This document shows, piece after piece, positions 10,701-21,140 of a DNA stretch of 30,834 bases. The position numbers and the translations under genes were made by a program. The first letter of the stretch is position 1. Every line of letters begins with the position of its first letter. A model generated the notes under the pieces. That model was not told where the DNA came from. It saw only the letters and a list, made by a program, of their open reading frames with translations, and did not search any database. This DNA is from Caedibacter taeniospiralis (GTDB taxonomy: Bacteria > Pseudomonadota > Gammaproteobacteria > Francisellales > Francisellaceae): positions 158,810 through 189,643 of the forward strand of contig NZ_PGGB02000001.1 of the NCBI RefSeq assembly GCF_002803295.2, in the 5' to 3' direction.

Positions 10701-11693
10701 GAATAACGCCGATCTAAAAGTATAACGCTTATGCTGAGCAACAAATGATAATGGATTTGCACCTAAGACAAATTTGTCCTGATAGCGAAATAAATGCAAA
10801 TTAAACACGACATTATTAAATGTAGACTCATTGAGTAAGCTCGTTTTGAGCTCTGCTTGCGATAGCTCCCCCGTAATCGTAATAGAATCCAATCTGTTGA
10901 TGTCGCTTTCTATCGAGAAGGATAACTGTTGATCCATCAGTGGTTTGAGATTGACATAACCTGTCAGCTCATTGATTAAATTCACCAACACATTTTCGTT
11001 ATCATGCAGGGTTCCATCAAAGTAATATTGATTTTCTCTCTTCTCAATTGTTGATTCGAGATTAATTTTGCCGTTTTCACCGTGCCTCATCTTCAGTTCT
11101 TGCGGCTGAATGGCTAGGCTTAGTATGCCTTTGGCACCATTGCTTTGATGATACTTAGCATTAACACTGGCACGCCATGAAGTTGTGTTATCCTCAGAGC
11201 ATATGAGCACTTGCATGTTATCCAAAACTAACTGATTCTGCTGCAATAGATATTCTAAAACCTTAGACCATCTGCCACCAACTTCATCTATTTCCTTCAC
11301 TGAAAGCGATTGTAAAAATTGATAATCTAATTTACCTTCTTTAGGATATACGGTTAAAACAGGTTGCTCTACTACTACAGACTGGGTAACAAACTTCCAC
11401 TCATTCAACGATGCCCAAGCATTGACGTGAATAACCATCTTGGGAATATTTAATGAAAACCCCTGATCCTTAACTTTGATTTGACTAACCTCTATCACAG
11501 GGTTAACTCCACGCCAACTGGCATATTCAATTTGCAGAGAAACTTTGGAACCCGTGGCTGAGGATAGCACATCTTCGATTGAGCTTTGATAAGCTGGTAA
11601 CAGCCTCAATAACGCGTAGCCAAGCAAACAGACAGTGATAAGAAAAGTAACAAAAACCGAACCAAACCATAAAATAAATACTCTTCTTTTCAT
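7782..11693 (-). CDS. yhdP: AsmA-family intermembrane lipid-transport protein YhdP
   Basis: 1303 aa with an N-terminal membrane anchor. The C-terminal block matches the E. coli YhdP C-terminus (..LLSLD....RL..DF.D....G..F.S....). Lies downstream of rng, as in E. coli. Confidence 0.85.
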   Translation of the reverse strand: MKRRVFILWFGSVFVTFLITVCLLGYALLRLLPAYQSSIEDVLSSATGSKVSLQIEYASWRGVNPVIEVSQIKVKDQGFSLNIPKMVIHVNAWASLNEWKFVTQSVVVEQPVLTVYPKEGKLDYQFLQSLSVKEIDEVGGRWSKVLEYLLQQNQLVLDNMQVLICSEDNTTSWRASVNAKYHQSNGAKGILSLAIQPQELKMRHGENGKINLESTIEKRENQYYFDGTLHDNENVLVNLINELTGYVNLKPLMDQQLSFSIESDINRLDSITITGELSQAELKTSLLNESTFNNVVFNLHLFRYQDKFVLGANPLSFVAQHKRYTFRSALFSLDQHRLIMNLPYLNLADFSDLIQLESSSWRKNITLAGVLSDVHFVFDLQEPDLEGVQLMANFNELGIAQSDQSFDFKGLSGELWWQKNHVKLDLNSPSFKMAKNQIFSQAWPEFSLKGEIDITKDTTSLGFSVTNLQLKSDNINFSAMGKVSVPLSNPMDFTLDILGKLQGHKLTTEYQSFLPKKGIPTSLYEWLMKCLYQAQDLDATFQIQGMAREIPYPAHNGTFKIDANINNASLSPYFGLGIAQKVSGSLHFNNEQLRAKVTQGLLANIPISGVDLSIDNIAPHIPSALNILANAQTSSQNIYEYLAQTNYKDFVDQLNRFATYQGALGVQLDIQIPLGDYDKKDQVSGRVSVQNGVINLKKPQAKSLYDVNAEIIFNNQLFTLKQFSAMWDVDTPIWGKGSVDAGNLDNPRTDLQGGIVLPLKPYFVTSLLDVSADQLVRGILPVRFAVKGGLNEGAIEISSNFLGASSTLGAPLNKTMFELMPLSFKSTWQRALQQTQEDKQPRATSLWHIDSKLDFNHETKITAGLNIDGDGVISSLSVYGNIQKLSSQFVLNLVNVVNTKNFLMAPGKESQQFVQLDMPSAHEIQNTDGCLVAANYYGCVYRRLNRLLKPKIAVTIHELDIFGASYHKLGLKTEIADGYTKLMVQTDQNQSLTIKVPHSLNQTMEVDGTNLFFPLSSSQETAGSDNVSMRLNNLLQTDILRKVPDMNVKLTHVQLGGYSIPNFVMTMKLRAGVLSIPALSAYDQNSKLFGALTLSPTGSHVEANVFSSDWGAMLHNFGYNNLLKGGSGHVEMGLSWPVLVPQCSHISGIATVNMVNGVVLSVDSGIAKYIGLLSLDSYFKRLFMPYDDFSYRGMTFNSVTGTYKLENAIATSTPSIIIDTPSFALVINGRIDLRNKQLNQRIKYQPHFSGTTAAVAGAFGGPVVAVAAYFGGKILGNTLFRNIGLISFDVTGSWDKPILKQVQ

Positions 11694-11718
11694 AAATCGC
11701 TGCTCTTTAAAATGACAT

Positions 11719-13206
11719 TTATATCAAGACAATATCATATATTTCTTGAGCATAACTTAACTCAAGCTGGAGTTTAATAGGTTTACTGATAATAATCTCT
11801 AGTTCACCCAAACCAAAAGACTCATCATTCTGCAATGCCTCAATGATCGCGCTTGATGCAACGATTAAAAAACCATTGCTTTGATAAGCATTAGCCTCTC
11901 GAGTGATTTCTCTAAAAATTTCATAACAAATCGTTTGCACTGATTTAATACGCCCCTTACCCTGACACATGGGGCACGGTTCACACAAAAACTGTGCCAG
12001 ACTCTCTTGAGTGCGCTTACGCGTCATTTCAACAAGACCAAGCTCAGAGAGTTGGGAAAAAGTAGTGCGAGCATAATCGAGCTCTAAGACTTTTTCTAAA
12101 GCTTCAAGCACTTGTGCCTTGTGTTCCTCGTCCGACATATCGATGAAGTCTATGATGATGATCCCGCCAAGATTTCGTAATCTCAGGTGTCTGGCAATAA
12201 CTCGCACGGCTTCCAGGTTGGTTTTAAAGATTGTTTCCTCTAAGTTCACCATGCCAACATAACCACCAGTGTTGACATCAATTGTTGTCATCGCCTCTGT
12301 TTGATCAATAATAATATAACCGCCAGACTTCAATGACACTTTTCTTTCCAAAGCGCGTGATAGCTCTTCCTCAACACCATACATGTCAAAAATAGGCGTA
12401 TCCGAACGATAAAGTTCCAGTTTCTCACGCACGCCAGGAACAAATTTGTCACTGAATCGGCACAACTCACTATACATATCAATATTATCAACGCGAATGC
12501 GTTCAACTTTGTCGTTTGCAAAGTCTCTTAAAGCGCGCATGACGAGACTCAAATCTTGATATACAACCCCTGGTTTAGTGACGGTACTTGCAGAATCAAG
12601 TACGTCTTGCCAGAGGTTTTGCAGGAAATTAATGTCTTTTCTTAATTTTTCCGCGGACAATCCTTCTGCAACGGTTCTGATAATAAATCCTCGTGGATGC
12701 TCAGCCCCAATCGCTTCTTTCATGACTTGCTGCAAACGATTTCGCTCCTCTTCTGACTCAATGCGCAAAGAAATACCGATGTGATCCAAGTCAGGCATAT
12801 GTACCAAATAGCGTGATGCGAGGGACAGATGTGCACTTAAACGCGCACCCTTACTCCCTAACGGATCCTTTAATACCTGAACCAGAATGCTTTGTCCTTC
12901 TCTGAGCCAATGGCGAACATCAGCTTCTTTACTGTTAAGATCAATTCCTGCACTTTCATCTGATGCAATCGGCATCACGTCTGATACATGGAGAAAGCCA
13001 GAGCGCTCCAATCCTATATCAACAAATGCCGCTTGCATACCAGGCAGCACTCGAATGATTTTTCCCTTGTAGATGTTACCGACAATTCCCCGTTGGTTCT
13101 CTCGCTCAATATGCACTTCCTGCAAGACGCCGTTCTCAATCACGGCAACCCGCTTTTCATGTGCGGCTATATTCATTAAAATTTCTGCTTTTACCATTTT
13201 AGGCAA
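11719..13206 (-). CDS. rng: Ribonuclease G
   Basis: Strong N-terminal identity by eye to E. coli Rng (RGIVGNIYKG...RVLPGMQAAFVDIGL). The length matches Rng rather than RNase E. The start is probably the Met at 13197. Confidence 0.92.
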   Translation of the reverse strand: MPKMVKAEILMNIAAHEKRVAVIENGVLQEVHIERENQRGIVGNIYKGKIIRVLPGMQAAFVDIGLERSGFLHVSDVMPIASDESAGIDLNSKEADVRHWLREGQSILVQVLKDPLGSKGARLSAHLSLASRYLVHMPDLDHIGISLRIESEEERNRLQQVMKEAIGAEHPRGFIIRTVAEGLSAEKLRKDINFLQNLWQDVLDSASTVTKPGVVYQDLSLVMRALRDFANDKVERIRVDNIDMYSELCRFSDKFVPGVREKLELYRSDTPIFDMYGVEEELSRALERKVSLKSGGYIIIDQTEAMTTIDVNTGGYVGMVNLEETIFKTNLEAVRVIARHLRLRNLGGIIIIDFIDMSDEEHKAQVLEALEKVLELDYARTTFSQLSELGLVEMTRKRTQESLAQFLCEPCPMCQGKGRIKSVQTICYEIFREITREANAYQSNGFLIVASSAIIEALQNDESFGLGELEIIISKPIKLQLELSYAQEIYDIVLI

Positions 13207-13378
13207 CTACCATGACCCAAATCTTTTATTCCAGCTTATTCTACTGAATTTCATTTGTAGCAGTAGTTTTTTTTAGGTTTTTCTCACTCATAGATGGCAA
13301 CCATACATAAACACACACAATATATATCCTATTGACCATACTCGTACTGTGTTAAATGCCAGCAATGTTATGCAACCC

Positions 13379-14509
13379 TTAATAATTTAAACTACGCGCC
13401 ACCCTCTGCTGATACCGCTCCTGGCGCTTTGTCTTATCCTGCACTTTGCCAGCAAGCTGACCGCATGCGGCATCGATATCATCACCTCTGGTTTTTCTTA
13501 TCGTTGCAACAAACCCAGCCTCGATCAAATATTGCTGAAAGCGGTGGATGCGATTATTGCTCGGTTTCTTGTATGGCGTGCCAGGATAAGGGTTAAACGG
13601 AATAAGGTTGATCTTAGCGGGAACCTGTTTTGACTTTAATAGCGTTACTAGCTCTTTTGCATGCTCTAGCTCATCATTGACATGCTCCATGAGCGTATAT
13701 TCAAAGGTGATTTCCTTGTGCGGACCTCTTTGCGCATATAATTTGCAGGCATCCATCAACTGATCAATATTATATTTCCTATTAATTGGAACCAATACAT
13801 TTCTAAGCTCATTATTGGCAGCATGCAATGATACTGCCAATGACACATCTGATTGTTCCAATAAATCATAGATGCGCGGCACGACTCCTGAGGTACTTAA
13901 GGTTACTCGACGTTTGGATAATCCATAAGCCAGGTCATCCATCATGATATCCATCGCTTTCACTACCGCATCAAAGTTCATTAAGGGCTCACCCATCCCC
14001 ATCATTACGACATTAGTAATTTGTCGATCATGCTCACTGCCTTGTTTTGAAAGTGCACGCACTGCTGTCCATAGTTGTCCAATGATTTCGGCAACACTCA
14101 AATTGCGATTAAAGCCCTGCTTGCCTGTTGAGCAAAAACTACAGTTTAAGCTACAACCAACCTGAGAAGATACACATAATGTCCCGCGAGAATCTTCAGG
14201 GATATAAACGGTCTCAACCAGGTTCCCTCCGACATCAATAAGCCATTTGTGTGTACCATCGCTGGATGGCTTGTCAAGTACCACTTTGGGGGTAACTACT
14301 TCCGCAAGCGCTATGAGTTTTTGGCGCAAATTCTTGCTCAGATCACTCATTTGTTCAAAAGAGGTCACTCCTTTTTGATGTATCCATTTAAACACCTGCT
14401 TTGCATGAAATGACTTCTCGCTGATGCTGGTAAAGTAGTCTTGCATATCTTGTTGACAAAAATTCATTAAATTCGTTTTTATTTGATCTTCAATCACTGG
14501 CTGCTGCAT
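13379..14509 (-). CDS. rlmN: 23S rRNA/tRNA (adenine-C2)-methyltransferase RlmN (radical SAM)
   Basis: 376 aa with radical-SAM motif [11 protein letters not shown], plus GMGEPL and the C-terminal DIDAACGQL motif typical of RlmN. Confidence 0.92.
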   Translation of the reverse strand: MQQPVIEDQIKTNLMNFCQQDMQDYFTSISEKSFHAKQVFKWIHQKGVTSFEQMSDLSKNLRQKLIALAEVVTPKVVLDKPSSDGTHKWLIDVGGNLVETVYIPEDSRGTLCVSSQVGCSLNCSFCSTGKQGFNRNLSVAEIIGQLWTAVRALSKQGSEHDRQITNVVMMGMGEPLMNFDAVVKAMDIMMDDLAYGLSKRRVTLSTSGVVPRIYDLLEQSDVSLAVSLHAANNELRNVLVPINRKYNIDQLMDACKLYAQRGPHKEITFEYTLMEHVNDELEHAKELVTLLKSKQVPAKINLIPFNPYPGTPYKKPSNNRIHRFQQYLIEAGFVATIRKTRGDDIDAACGQLAGKVQDKTKRQERYQQRVARSLNY

Positions 14510-14757
14510 TATCGATTACTCTATCTGGCTAACGGTAAAATCAGGGTGGACGCTCTACAACTTGGGCATTATACACGTGATTACTTTGCGTTCAATTGTT
14601 TTTATTAACTGGAGTTACCTACTTTTACTGGACTACCCCAGTTATTAATTTCACTCCCGCTAAGCGCAGCTAGGCTATGCAGACCCTCCTATAAAGGCGT
14701 AGGTAGAAGATGGTGCAACTTAATTCTTCATTTGTACGGATAGGCTTTGCTTCTAGA

Positions 14758-17700
14758 CTACTCTAAACGGTGATTTTTATTGATTTGCGCGATAATTTTG
14801 TCTTCTTCTTTCCAGCGGGCGATAAGCGCACGGCGATCTTTAGCCAAATAGCTATACACCACGGGCACAACAAATAGAGTAAACATGGTGCCAATCGTCA
14901 TCCCAGAAGCAATAACAATACCGATAGATTGGCGACTCACGGCTCCAGCTCCAGTTGCGATTACCAAAGGAATCACCCCGACAACCATGGCGGCGGTGGT
15001 CATCAAAATGGGACGCAAACGCAACGCGGCTGATTTTAATATGGCGTCAACTTTGCTGTAACCTTCTTCTTGCAATTTATTGGCAAATTCGGTCAGTAAA
15101 ATACCATGCTTACTAATCAAACCAATAAGCGTAATTAGACCCACTTGGGTATAGATATTAATGGAAGCATAACCTAAGTTAAATAACTGACCAATATAAA
15201 GTGGAATCAGGGCACCACAAATTGACATTGGCACACTGATAAGAATAATCAGTGGATCTCTAAAGCTTTCAAATTGTGCCGCTAACATTAAGAAAATGAC
15301 AATCAAAGCAAATGCAAAGGCAATGCCCATTTGATTTGTATTTTCCAGGTATTGGCGCGCGGAACCCGAGTAATCATGGATGTAGCCTTGCGGTAACTCA
15401 GTTTTTGCTAAGCTTTCCATGTAGTCAATTGCCTGACCTTGACTCACGCCTGGAGTTGTCACACCACTGATTGTTGCTGAGTTTAACTGTTGAAATCTAT
15501 TTAAACTCAGTGGCACGCTTTGGGTTTCAAAATTCACAATCGCTGATAATGGAATCAGTTTACCGCTTGCAGTAGTGATGCGAATTTGTCCTAATTGTTC
15601 TTTAGTCAGTTTCATGCTGTCTAGAAGCTCAGGAATCACCTGATAGCTATAGCCTAGCATGCTAAAGTAGTTCACATATCCGCCTGAATAAGCATATCCT
15701 AAGGCTTGAGCAGTTTGCTGCATGTTGATGCCTAAGGAGGCAGCTTTTTCACGATCGATTTGGACGATCATTTGTGGATTATCGAATTGTAAATCGCTCT
15801 GGGCAAAGACGAACAAACCGCTAGACATCATTTTCTGAATGACATCATTTGCAAGCGCATAAATGCCAGGATAGCTATTAACCGATTGAATCACAAATTG
15901 CATGGCTGGACCAAAGGAAATTCCTGGAAGGGAAGGCATTTCAAAGGTGTAAATTTGTGAGCCTGCTACATTATTAACCAGATTTTGCAGTATTGGCTTG
16001 ATTTGCATTTGTGTTTCTTTGCGCTCACTCCATGGCTTTAATACCACCCCACCAAAGCTGCTATTGCTTTGTGGGTAACCATTCACCACAAAAGTAGAGT
16101 CAACCCCTGGCAGGCTTTGCATGTCTTTGTAAAGTGCTGGCGCAAAAGTATTAAGATAATGGATGTTAGCAGGAGAAGGGGCTGTGCCTTGAATTCCAAT
16201 AAATGCCTGATCTTCCGTTGGTGCTAACTCAGATTTTGTACCCGCAAACAAGAAGTAACAGCTGATAAGCACTACTGCGCCAAATAGGATGACAACAATA
16301 CGGACACTTATGACTAAGCGTAGTGCGCGCTCATAGGCATTTTTCAGTTTCTCAAAAATTGAGTCAATAAACTTAACGGTTTTTGCCTCAGTAATCGATT
16401 TAGACAGCACTTTGGAGCACAGCATGGGTGAGAACGTATAAGCGACAATCCCTGAGATGACAACGGCGCCTGCTAAAGAGTAGGCAAATTCAGTAAATAA
16501 GATCCCCGTGAGTCCACCCATCATGCCGATCGGTAAGTACACCGCAACAAGGGTTAAGGTCATCAAAATCACGGGATTGGCAATCTCTCTGGCGCCTTGG
16601 ATAGCTGCTTCAAGAGGTGTTGCCCCTTCTTCGACATGGCGATAAATATTTTCTAAAACGACAATAGCATCATCGACCACCAGCCCAATTGCCAGCACCA
16701 TAGATAATAGGGTTAAGAGGTTAATCGAAAAGCCCATTAAAAACATCAGTAAAAACGAGCCAATCATCGATAGCGGGATGGCGACAACAGGGATGATGAC
16801 CGATCTAAACGAGCCAATAAATAGGAATAAGACAATCGTTACAATAATAACGGCTTCAATAAGTGTTTTGACCACATCTTCAATCGAAGCTTTAATGTAG
16901 GTCGTGTTGTTGTAGACAATATTCATATTCAGACCCGTTGGAAGCGTTAGCTGAATATTAGGCAACTCTTTCATGATGTGATCAACCACGGTCAGGACAT
17001 TGGCGTCAGAAGCGGTAACAACGCCCGCAAAGACTCCATATTTTCCGTTAAAGCTGACATTAGCAGTATAGCTTTGCGCGCCTAATTCTACGGTGGCAAC
17101 ATCACCTAGCCGAACGAGATTCCCGCTTTCATTTTTAACAACCAGTTGCTTATAAGTTTGTGCATCTTCTAAATTGGTGGAGGGGTTTAGGGTGATATTA
17201 AAATAAGGACCTTTGATCTGACCGCCTGCGGCGATTAAACTATTGGCTTGAAGGGCGCTCGCGATGTCTTGCGGCGTGACGTTAAAGCGTGCCATTTTGT
17301 CATAATTCAACCAAATGCGCATGGCATAGTCTTTCTCACCCCAGATAATAATATTGGAGATTCCTCCTAAGGATTGTAACTTTGGTGTGAGCTGATTCTT
17401 AATATAAGCGGTGATTTCCTGCTCGTTAAGCACATCACTGGTAAACCCAAGGATAAGTGAAGGGAAAGAGTTGCCCGATTGCATATTAATGGCTGGCGAT
17501 TGCGCGCCAGAGGGCATCTGGTTTTGTACGGCATTAACTTTTTGTACAACCTGACTTAATACATTATTGGGATCAGCGCCCAGTTTGACATTGATCGTCA
17601 GAGTACTCAATCCAAGCACGCTTTGAGATGTCATATAGTCAATACCATCTGCGGCCCCCACAGACTGCTCCAAAGGAGTAGTGATGAAGCCTTGAATAAC

Positions 17701-17871
17701 CTCAGGATTAGCACCTGGGTAGGCAGTAGTAACAGTGATTGTGGCGTTATTCATATAAGGATATTGACGCACCTGTAAGGTGAATGCCGTGCCAATGCCC
17801 GCAACCAGAATGAGTAAACTGATGACCGTAGACAGAACAGGTCTTTTTATAAAGATATCAATAAAGTGCAT
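14758..17871 (-). CDS. RND multidrug efflux permease (HAE1, AcrB/MdtB-like)
   Basis: 1037 aa with the typical N-terminus (F.IFI.RPVL..V.SL.I...G), 12-TM architecture and two large periplasmic loops. Confidence 0.9.
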   Translation of the reverse strand: MHFIDIFIKRPVLSTVISLLILVAGIGTAFTLQVRQYPYMNNATITVTTAYPGANPEVIQGFITTPLEQSVGAADGIDYMTSQSVLGLSTLTINVKLGADPNNVLSQVVQKVNAVQNQMPSGAQSPAINMQSGNSFPSLILGFTSDVLNEQEITAYIKNQLTPKLQSLGGISNIIIWGEKDYAMRIWLNYDKMARFNVTPQDIASALQANSLIAAGGQIKGPYFNITLNPSTNLEDAQTYKQLVVKNESGNLVRLGDVATVELGAQSYTANVSFNGKYGVFAGVVTASDANVLTVVDHIMKELPNIQLTLPTGLNMNIVYNNTTYIKASIEDVVKTLIEAVIIVTIVLFLFIGSFRSVIIPVVAIPLSMIGSFLLMFLMGFSINLLTLLSMVLAIGLVVDDAIVVLENIYRHVEEGATPLEAAIQGAREIANPVILMTLTLVAVYLPIGMMGGLTGILFTEFAYSLAGAVVISGIVAYTFSPMLCSKVLSKSITEAKTVKFIDSIFEKLKNAYERALRLVISVRIVVILFGAVVLISCYFLFAGTKSELAPTEDQAFIGIQGTAPSPANIHYLNTFAPALYKDMQSLPGVDSTFVVNGYPQSNSSFGGVVLKPWSERKETQMQIKPILQNLVNNVAGSQIYTFEMPSLPGISFGPAMQFVIQSVNSYPGIYALANDVIQKMMSSGLFVFAQSDLQFDNPQMIVQIDREKAASLGINMQQTAQALGYAYSGGYVNYFSMLGYSYQVIPELLDSMKLTKEQLGQIRITTASGKLIPLSAIVNFETQSVPLSLNRFQQLNSATISGVTTPGVSQGQAIDYMESLAKTELPQGYIHDYSGSARQYLENTNQMGIAFAFALIVIFLMLAAQFESFRDPLIILISVPMSICGALIPLYIGQLFNLGYASINIYTQVGLITLIGLISKHGILLTEFANKLQEEGYSKVDAILKSAALRLRPILMTTAAMVVGVIPLVIATGAGAVSRQSIGIVIASGMTIGTMFTLFVVPVVYSYLAKDRRALIARWKEEDKIIAQINKNHRLE

Positions 17872-17882
17872 ATGCCTGTTCC

Positions 17883-19088
17883 CTATGGGTTATTCTTGAA
17901 ATTAAAGTCGTTATTGATAGTCACACTGCCACCATTATGCAGCTTGTTCTGACCTGAAGTTACTACGATATCATTCGCTTTAATGCCCTCAACAATCACC
18001 TTGTTATCGTTTGTCATCGTTGTTTTAACCGGCATTTGTTTGGCTGTATATTGTTGCTTGCCCGTTGAAATCATCTCAGCATGACCATCTTTCATTTCAC
18101 TATATTCAGCTATTACAGGCTTTCCCTCTTGATAGTCTGGTTGAAGAACATAGACTGTTTCGCCATAAAGTGTGTAGCTTACCGCATTTCTGGGAATAAT
18201 GATGGTATTCTCTATAGGCGGTAAAATAAGGCTGACATCGAGGAACATTCCAGGATAAATCATGTGTGCCTGGTCTTTGTTGTCATAGGTTGCCTGGACG
18301 TTAATCGCGCGATTATTGCTGGTAATTTCTGAATTTATCGCTGTGATTTTAGCTTTAAAAGTAACTCCAGGGTAAGTGTCGCTGGTAAATTCAATTTCAC
18401 CGCTAACTTTCACATCGCTTAAGTTATTTTGGGTAATAGTGAAGTTAATATAGATAGGGGAAATTTCAGTTAAAGTTGCGGCATTACTCCCTGCGCTAAA
18501 GTATTGTCCCAGACTAATATTTCTTAATCCAATTTTGCCATCAAAGGGTGCTTTGACAATGTGATAATTAATGTTTGCCTGGATAGATTCAACATTGGCA
18601 AGATTAGCCTCGTATTGCGCTTTTGATTGATCGGCTGTTTGTTGAGATACGGCTTGTTGCTTTAAGAGATCAAGATCGCGCTGATAGGTGATCTTGGCAA
18701 GTGATAGATTAGCTTCTGCCTGTTTTAATTGAGCTTGGAGCTGTTGTGTGTCTAATGTGAATAAAACTTCGCCTTTTTTCACCATCTGTCCTGCTTCAAA
18801 AGAAATTGACGAAACCAAACCCGTAGCTTGTGCCGTAACGCTGACATTTTGAATTGCAACGGCCTCACCGATGGTTTTGACACTTGGATACCACGTTTCA
18901 GCACTTGCTTTACTCGCGGTGACTTCAGGGGGTTGCATTTTCCATGTTGCCATCGCCGCAGCTTTTTTACCGTTGACAAAACCAGTAAAGCCAAAGATGC
19001 CGCCAAAAATAACAATGAGTATGGCAACGACGATGATAAAAGCTTTGACCAGCTTTTTCTTGGGTGCTTTTAGAGAGAGTTCTGTCAT
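17883..19088 (-). CDS. RND efflux periplasmic adaptor (membrane fusion protein)
   Basis: Single N-terminal TM, then coiled-coil hairpin, lipoyl and beta-barrel regions typical of AcrA/MdtA-type adaptors. I place the start at ATG 19088 (AAGGA 6 nt upstream). The track start at 19184 would overlap dsbB. Confidence 0.85.
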   Translation of the reverse strand: MTELSLKAPKKKLVKAFIIVVAILIVIFGGIFGFTGFVNGKKAAAMATWKMQPPEVTASKASAETWYPSVKTIGEAVAIQNVSVTAQATGLVSSISFEAGQMVKKGEVLFTLDTQQLQAQLKQAEANLSLAKITYQRDLDLLKQQAVSQQTADQSKAQYEANLANVESIQANINYHIVKAPFDGKIGLRNISLGQYFSAGSNAATLTEISPIYINFTITQNNLSDVKVSGEIEFTSDTYPGVTFKAKITAINSEITSNNRAINVQATYDNKDQAHMIYPGMFLDVSLILPPIENTIIIPRNAVSYTLYGETVYVLQPDYQEGKPVIAEYSEMKDGHAEMISTGKQQYTAKQMPVKTTMTNDNKVIVEGIKANDIVVTSGQNKLHNGGSVTINNDFNFKNNP

Positions 19089-19098
19089 GATGGATCCT

Positions 19099-19617
19099 TT
19101 AATTTTCGTTTTTTCTAAGATGATTGGAGGCGTTATAAAATAAAAATTGCCAAAAATGTAGCACACAAAGGGTGGTAAAGACAATAAAACTATAGGCGGC
19201 CATACTTAAACCAAAGAGCTGCCAGTCAACCTGTGAACAATCAGGACCGCTCATAAAAAGCGATTTAAGGAAATCAAGAAAGGGCAGATTTTGAAATAAG
19301 CTGTCAATACCTGCCTTGCAGCTGCCTGCATATTGGCTGGCATGGATTTGCATCCAAACTTGTTTTAAGGCGATCAGGGCTCCCAGTATAGCAACAACGC
19401 CGATAACAAAACTATAAATTCGCACGCCAGTGGTGTGAGGTTTATGGATAAGCGCGATCAAAGCAAAAACCGTGATAAGTAAAATGGCAAATTGCTGCAA
19501 TAAACACATGGGGCATGGCTTTAAGCCTGTCAGTTCAAAGTAAATGATTCCACCAATCACCAGAAGACCAATGATAAAGGTCTTAATATATAATTGTGGG
19601 CTTTTAAATCCGTGCAT
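19099..19617 (-). CDS. dsbB: Disulfide bond formation protein DsbB
   Basis: 172 aa with 4 TM segments, the first periplasmic CxxC (KPCPMC), and a second Cys pair in the later loop (SC...PDCSQVDW), as in E. coli DsbB. Confidence 0.85.
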   Translation of the reverse strand: MHGFKSPQLYIKTFIIGLLVIGGIIYFELTGLKPCPMCLLQQFAILLITVFALIALIHKPHTTGVRIYSFVIGVVAILGALIALKQVWMQIHASQYAGSCKAGIDSLFQNLPFLDFLKSLFMSGPDCSQVDWQLFGLSMAAYSFIVFTTLCVLHFWQFLFYNASNHLRKNEN

Positions 19618-19775
19618 TGAGCGTCCCTTAGTGTTGAATTGTTTTTGCTGCCATTATAAATAAAAAAGCTGTGAAGTCATTAGCTTCCACCGCAGATGCT
19701 ATATATACCCATCGCAAATCATTCCACCCGACCACGCTCTCTGGAGTGTGCAGGTATGGGTGCTAGTGACTAGCC

Positions 19776-21104
19776 TTAGTGAACAGGGATAGTATTATTA
19801 TCGGCAGGGCTTGGGATGGTTTGCATTTTAAATGATAATGCCAGGCAAACACAAAATAAGGCAATAATAAGAATGAAAATCTTCTGGTAAATATCGGCTG
19901 GATATTGGTGAGCATGTTGCATCTCTGGTGTACTGGTGATGTGAATAAGTATCCCAACGATTTGAATGCTAATGGCGCCAAGCAGTACTGAGAACATATT
20001 AGTAATTCCAAGAGAGATGCCTGAGAAATGCCGTGGCACAAGCAAAGCCGAACGGTTATACGATGGGATAATGCCTGCGTTACAAATTCCATAGCAAAAA
20101 TAAACCATTTGCAACTCAAACGTTGATAAACCAGGAACATATATGATGATAATCATAAAAATAAGGCAAAAAAGCGCCGATAAACGCATGAGATAAAGTG
20201 CATTACAAAGGCTGTTTAGAAAACCAAATAACGGGCAACCAAATACCATACCAATAAAAATTAGGCTTGTAGTAAAAGCCGCATCAGCGTGTGTCAAGCC
20301 GCGAAAGCTCTCCGTAAATGACGCTCCCCACATTTCAGCAAATACCGTTGTCGGACCATACAGGCAACCAATGAAAATGCAATTTGCCCATAACCCTTTG
20401 TTGCGTAGAATTTCTTTGACTCCGTGTAAAATTAAAGAGGGGGTTTGCTGGGCGCTGTGCAAGTGATGTGCTTTGATATATCGACTAAGCCATAGCATCA
20501 AAAAACCAATGACAAAAAACAGCCCTGCAAAACTTAACATGGCAAAACTCACGCCAACCTGGTCAACATAAAGACTCATCGGAGCCTCTCCTACAGCAGC
20601 CCCAAGCATACCCATCGCTTGGGTAATCCCCGTTAGCATGGCAAAAATATTTGGAGTAAAAAAATTGATGGCAAGGCGCAGGGTTCCCACAAACGCAAAC
20701 GCGCCACAAAATCCCATCAGCATGCGGGCGACAATGGCAAGTGTCAAGCTATGCGCTAAGGCAAATATGATGCAGGCAATCCCAGTTAAGAAGGCGGCAA
20801 ACATCATCACTTTTTTGGGTCCAAACTTATCAGTGATCATCCCAACCGGAATTTGCATCAGGATATAAGGGTAATAAAAAAAGGCGGATAAAGCCCCAAG
20901 ACCTACAGCAGTGATAGAAAATCTATCGGAAAGTTCGGGTAGCATAACGCTCGGGGAGACGCGCAAAAAATATTCACAGAAGAAGAAAAATGCGCCTAAA
21001 AACCAGATAAAGAGTGCCAGATGTGTTTTATTAGTCGTTTTCAAAATCATAGCCATTTTCATTGAGCGAAGGCGTATTATGGGGTTAGTATAAATGGATT
21101 GCAA
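19776..21104 (-). CDS. MFS transporter, substrate unknown
   Basis: 442 aa with about 12 TM segments and an MFS-like loop 2-3 motif (GMITDKFGPKK). The start is uncertain because there are internal Mets at residues 15 and 17. Confidence 0.75.
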   Translation of the reverse strand: MQSIYTNPIIRLRSMKMAMILKTTNKTHLALFIWFLGAFFFFCEYFLRVSPSVMLPELSDRFSITAVGLGALSAFFYYPYILMQIPVGMITDKFGPKKVMMFAAFLTGIACIIFALAHSLTLAIVARMLMGFCGAFAFVGTLRLAINFFTPNIFAMLTGITQAMGMLGAAVGEAPMSLYVDQVGVSFAMLSFAGLFFVIGFLMLWLSRYIKAHHLHSAQQTPSLILHGVKEILRNKGLWANCIFIGCLYGPTTVFAEMWGASFTESFRGLTHADAAFTTSLIFIGMVFGCPLFGFLNSLCNALYLMRLSALFCLIFMIIIIYVPGLSTFELQMVYFCYGICNAGIIPSYNRSALLVPRHFSGISLGITNMFSVLLGAISIQIVGILIHITSTPEMQHAHQYPADIYQKIFILIIALFCVCLALSFKMQTIPSPADNNTIPVH

Positions 21105-21140
21105 AGAAAAATTGGCTTAGACAAAATTTTGCCGCAGTCT

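Noticed and set aside
19089-19184. N-terminal extension of the adaptor ORF overlapping the dsbB 3' end
   Set aside because: Same logic: ATG 19088 with AAGGA upstream gives a canonical adaptor N-terminus (short cytoplasmic tail plus one TM).
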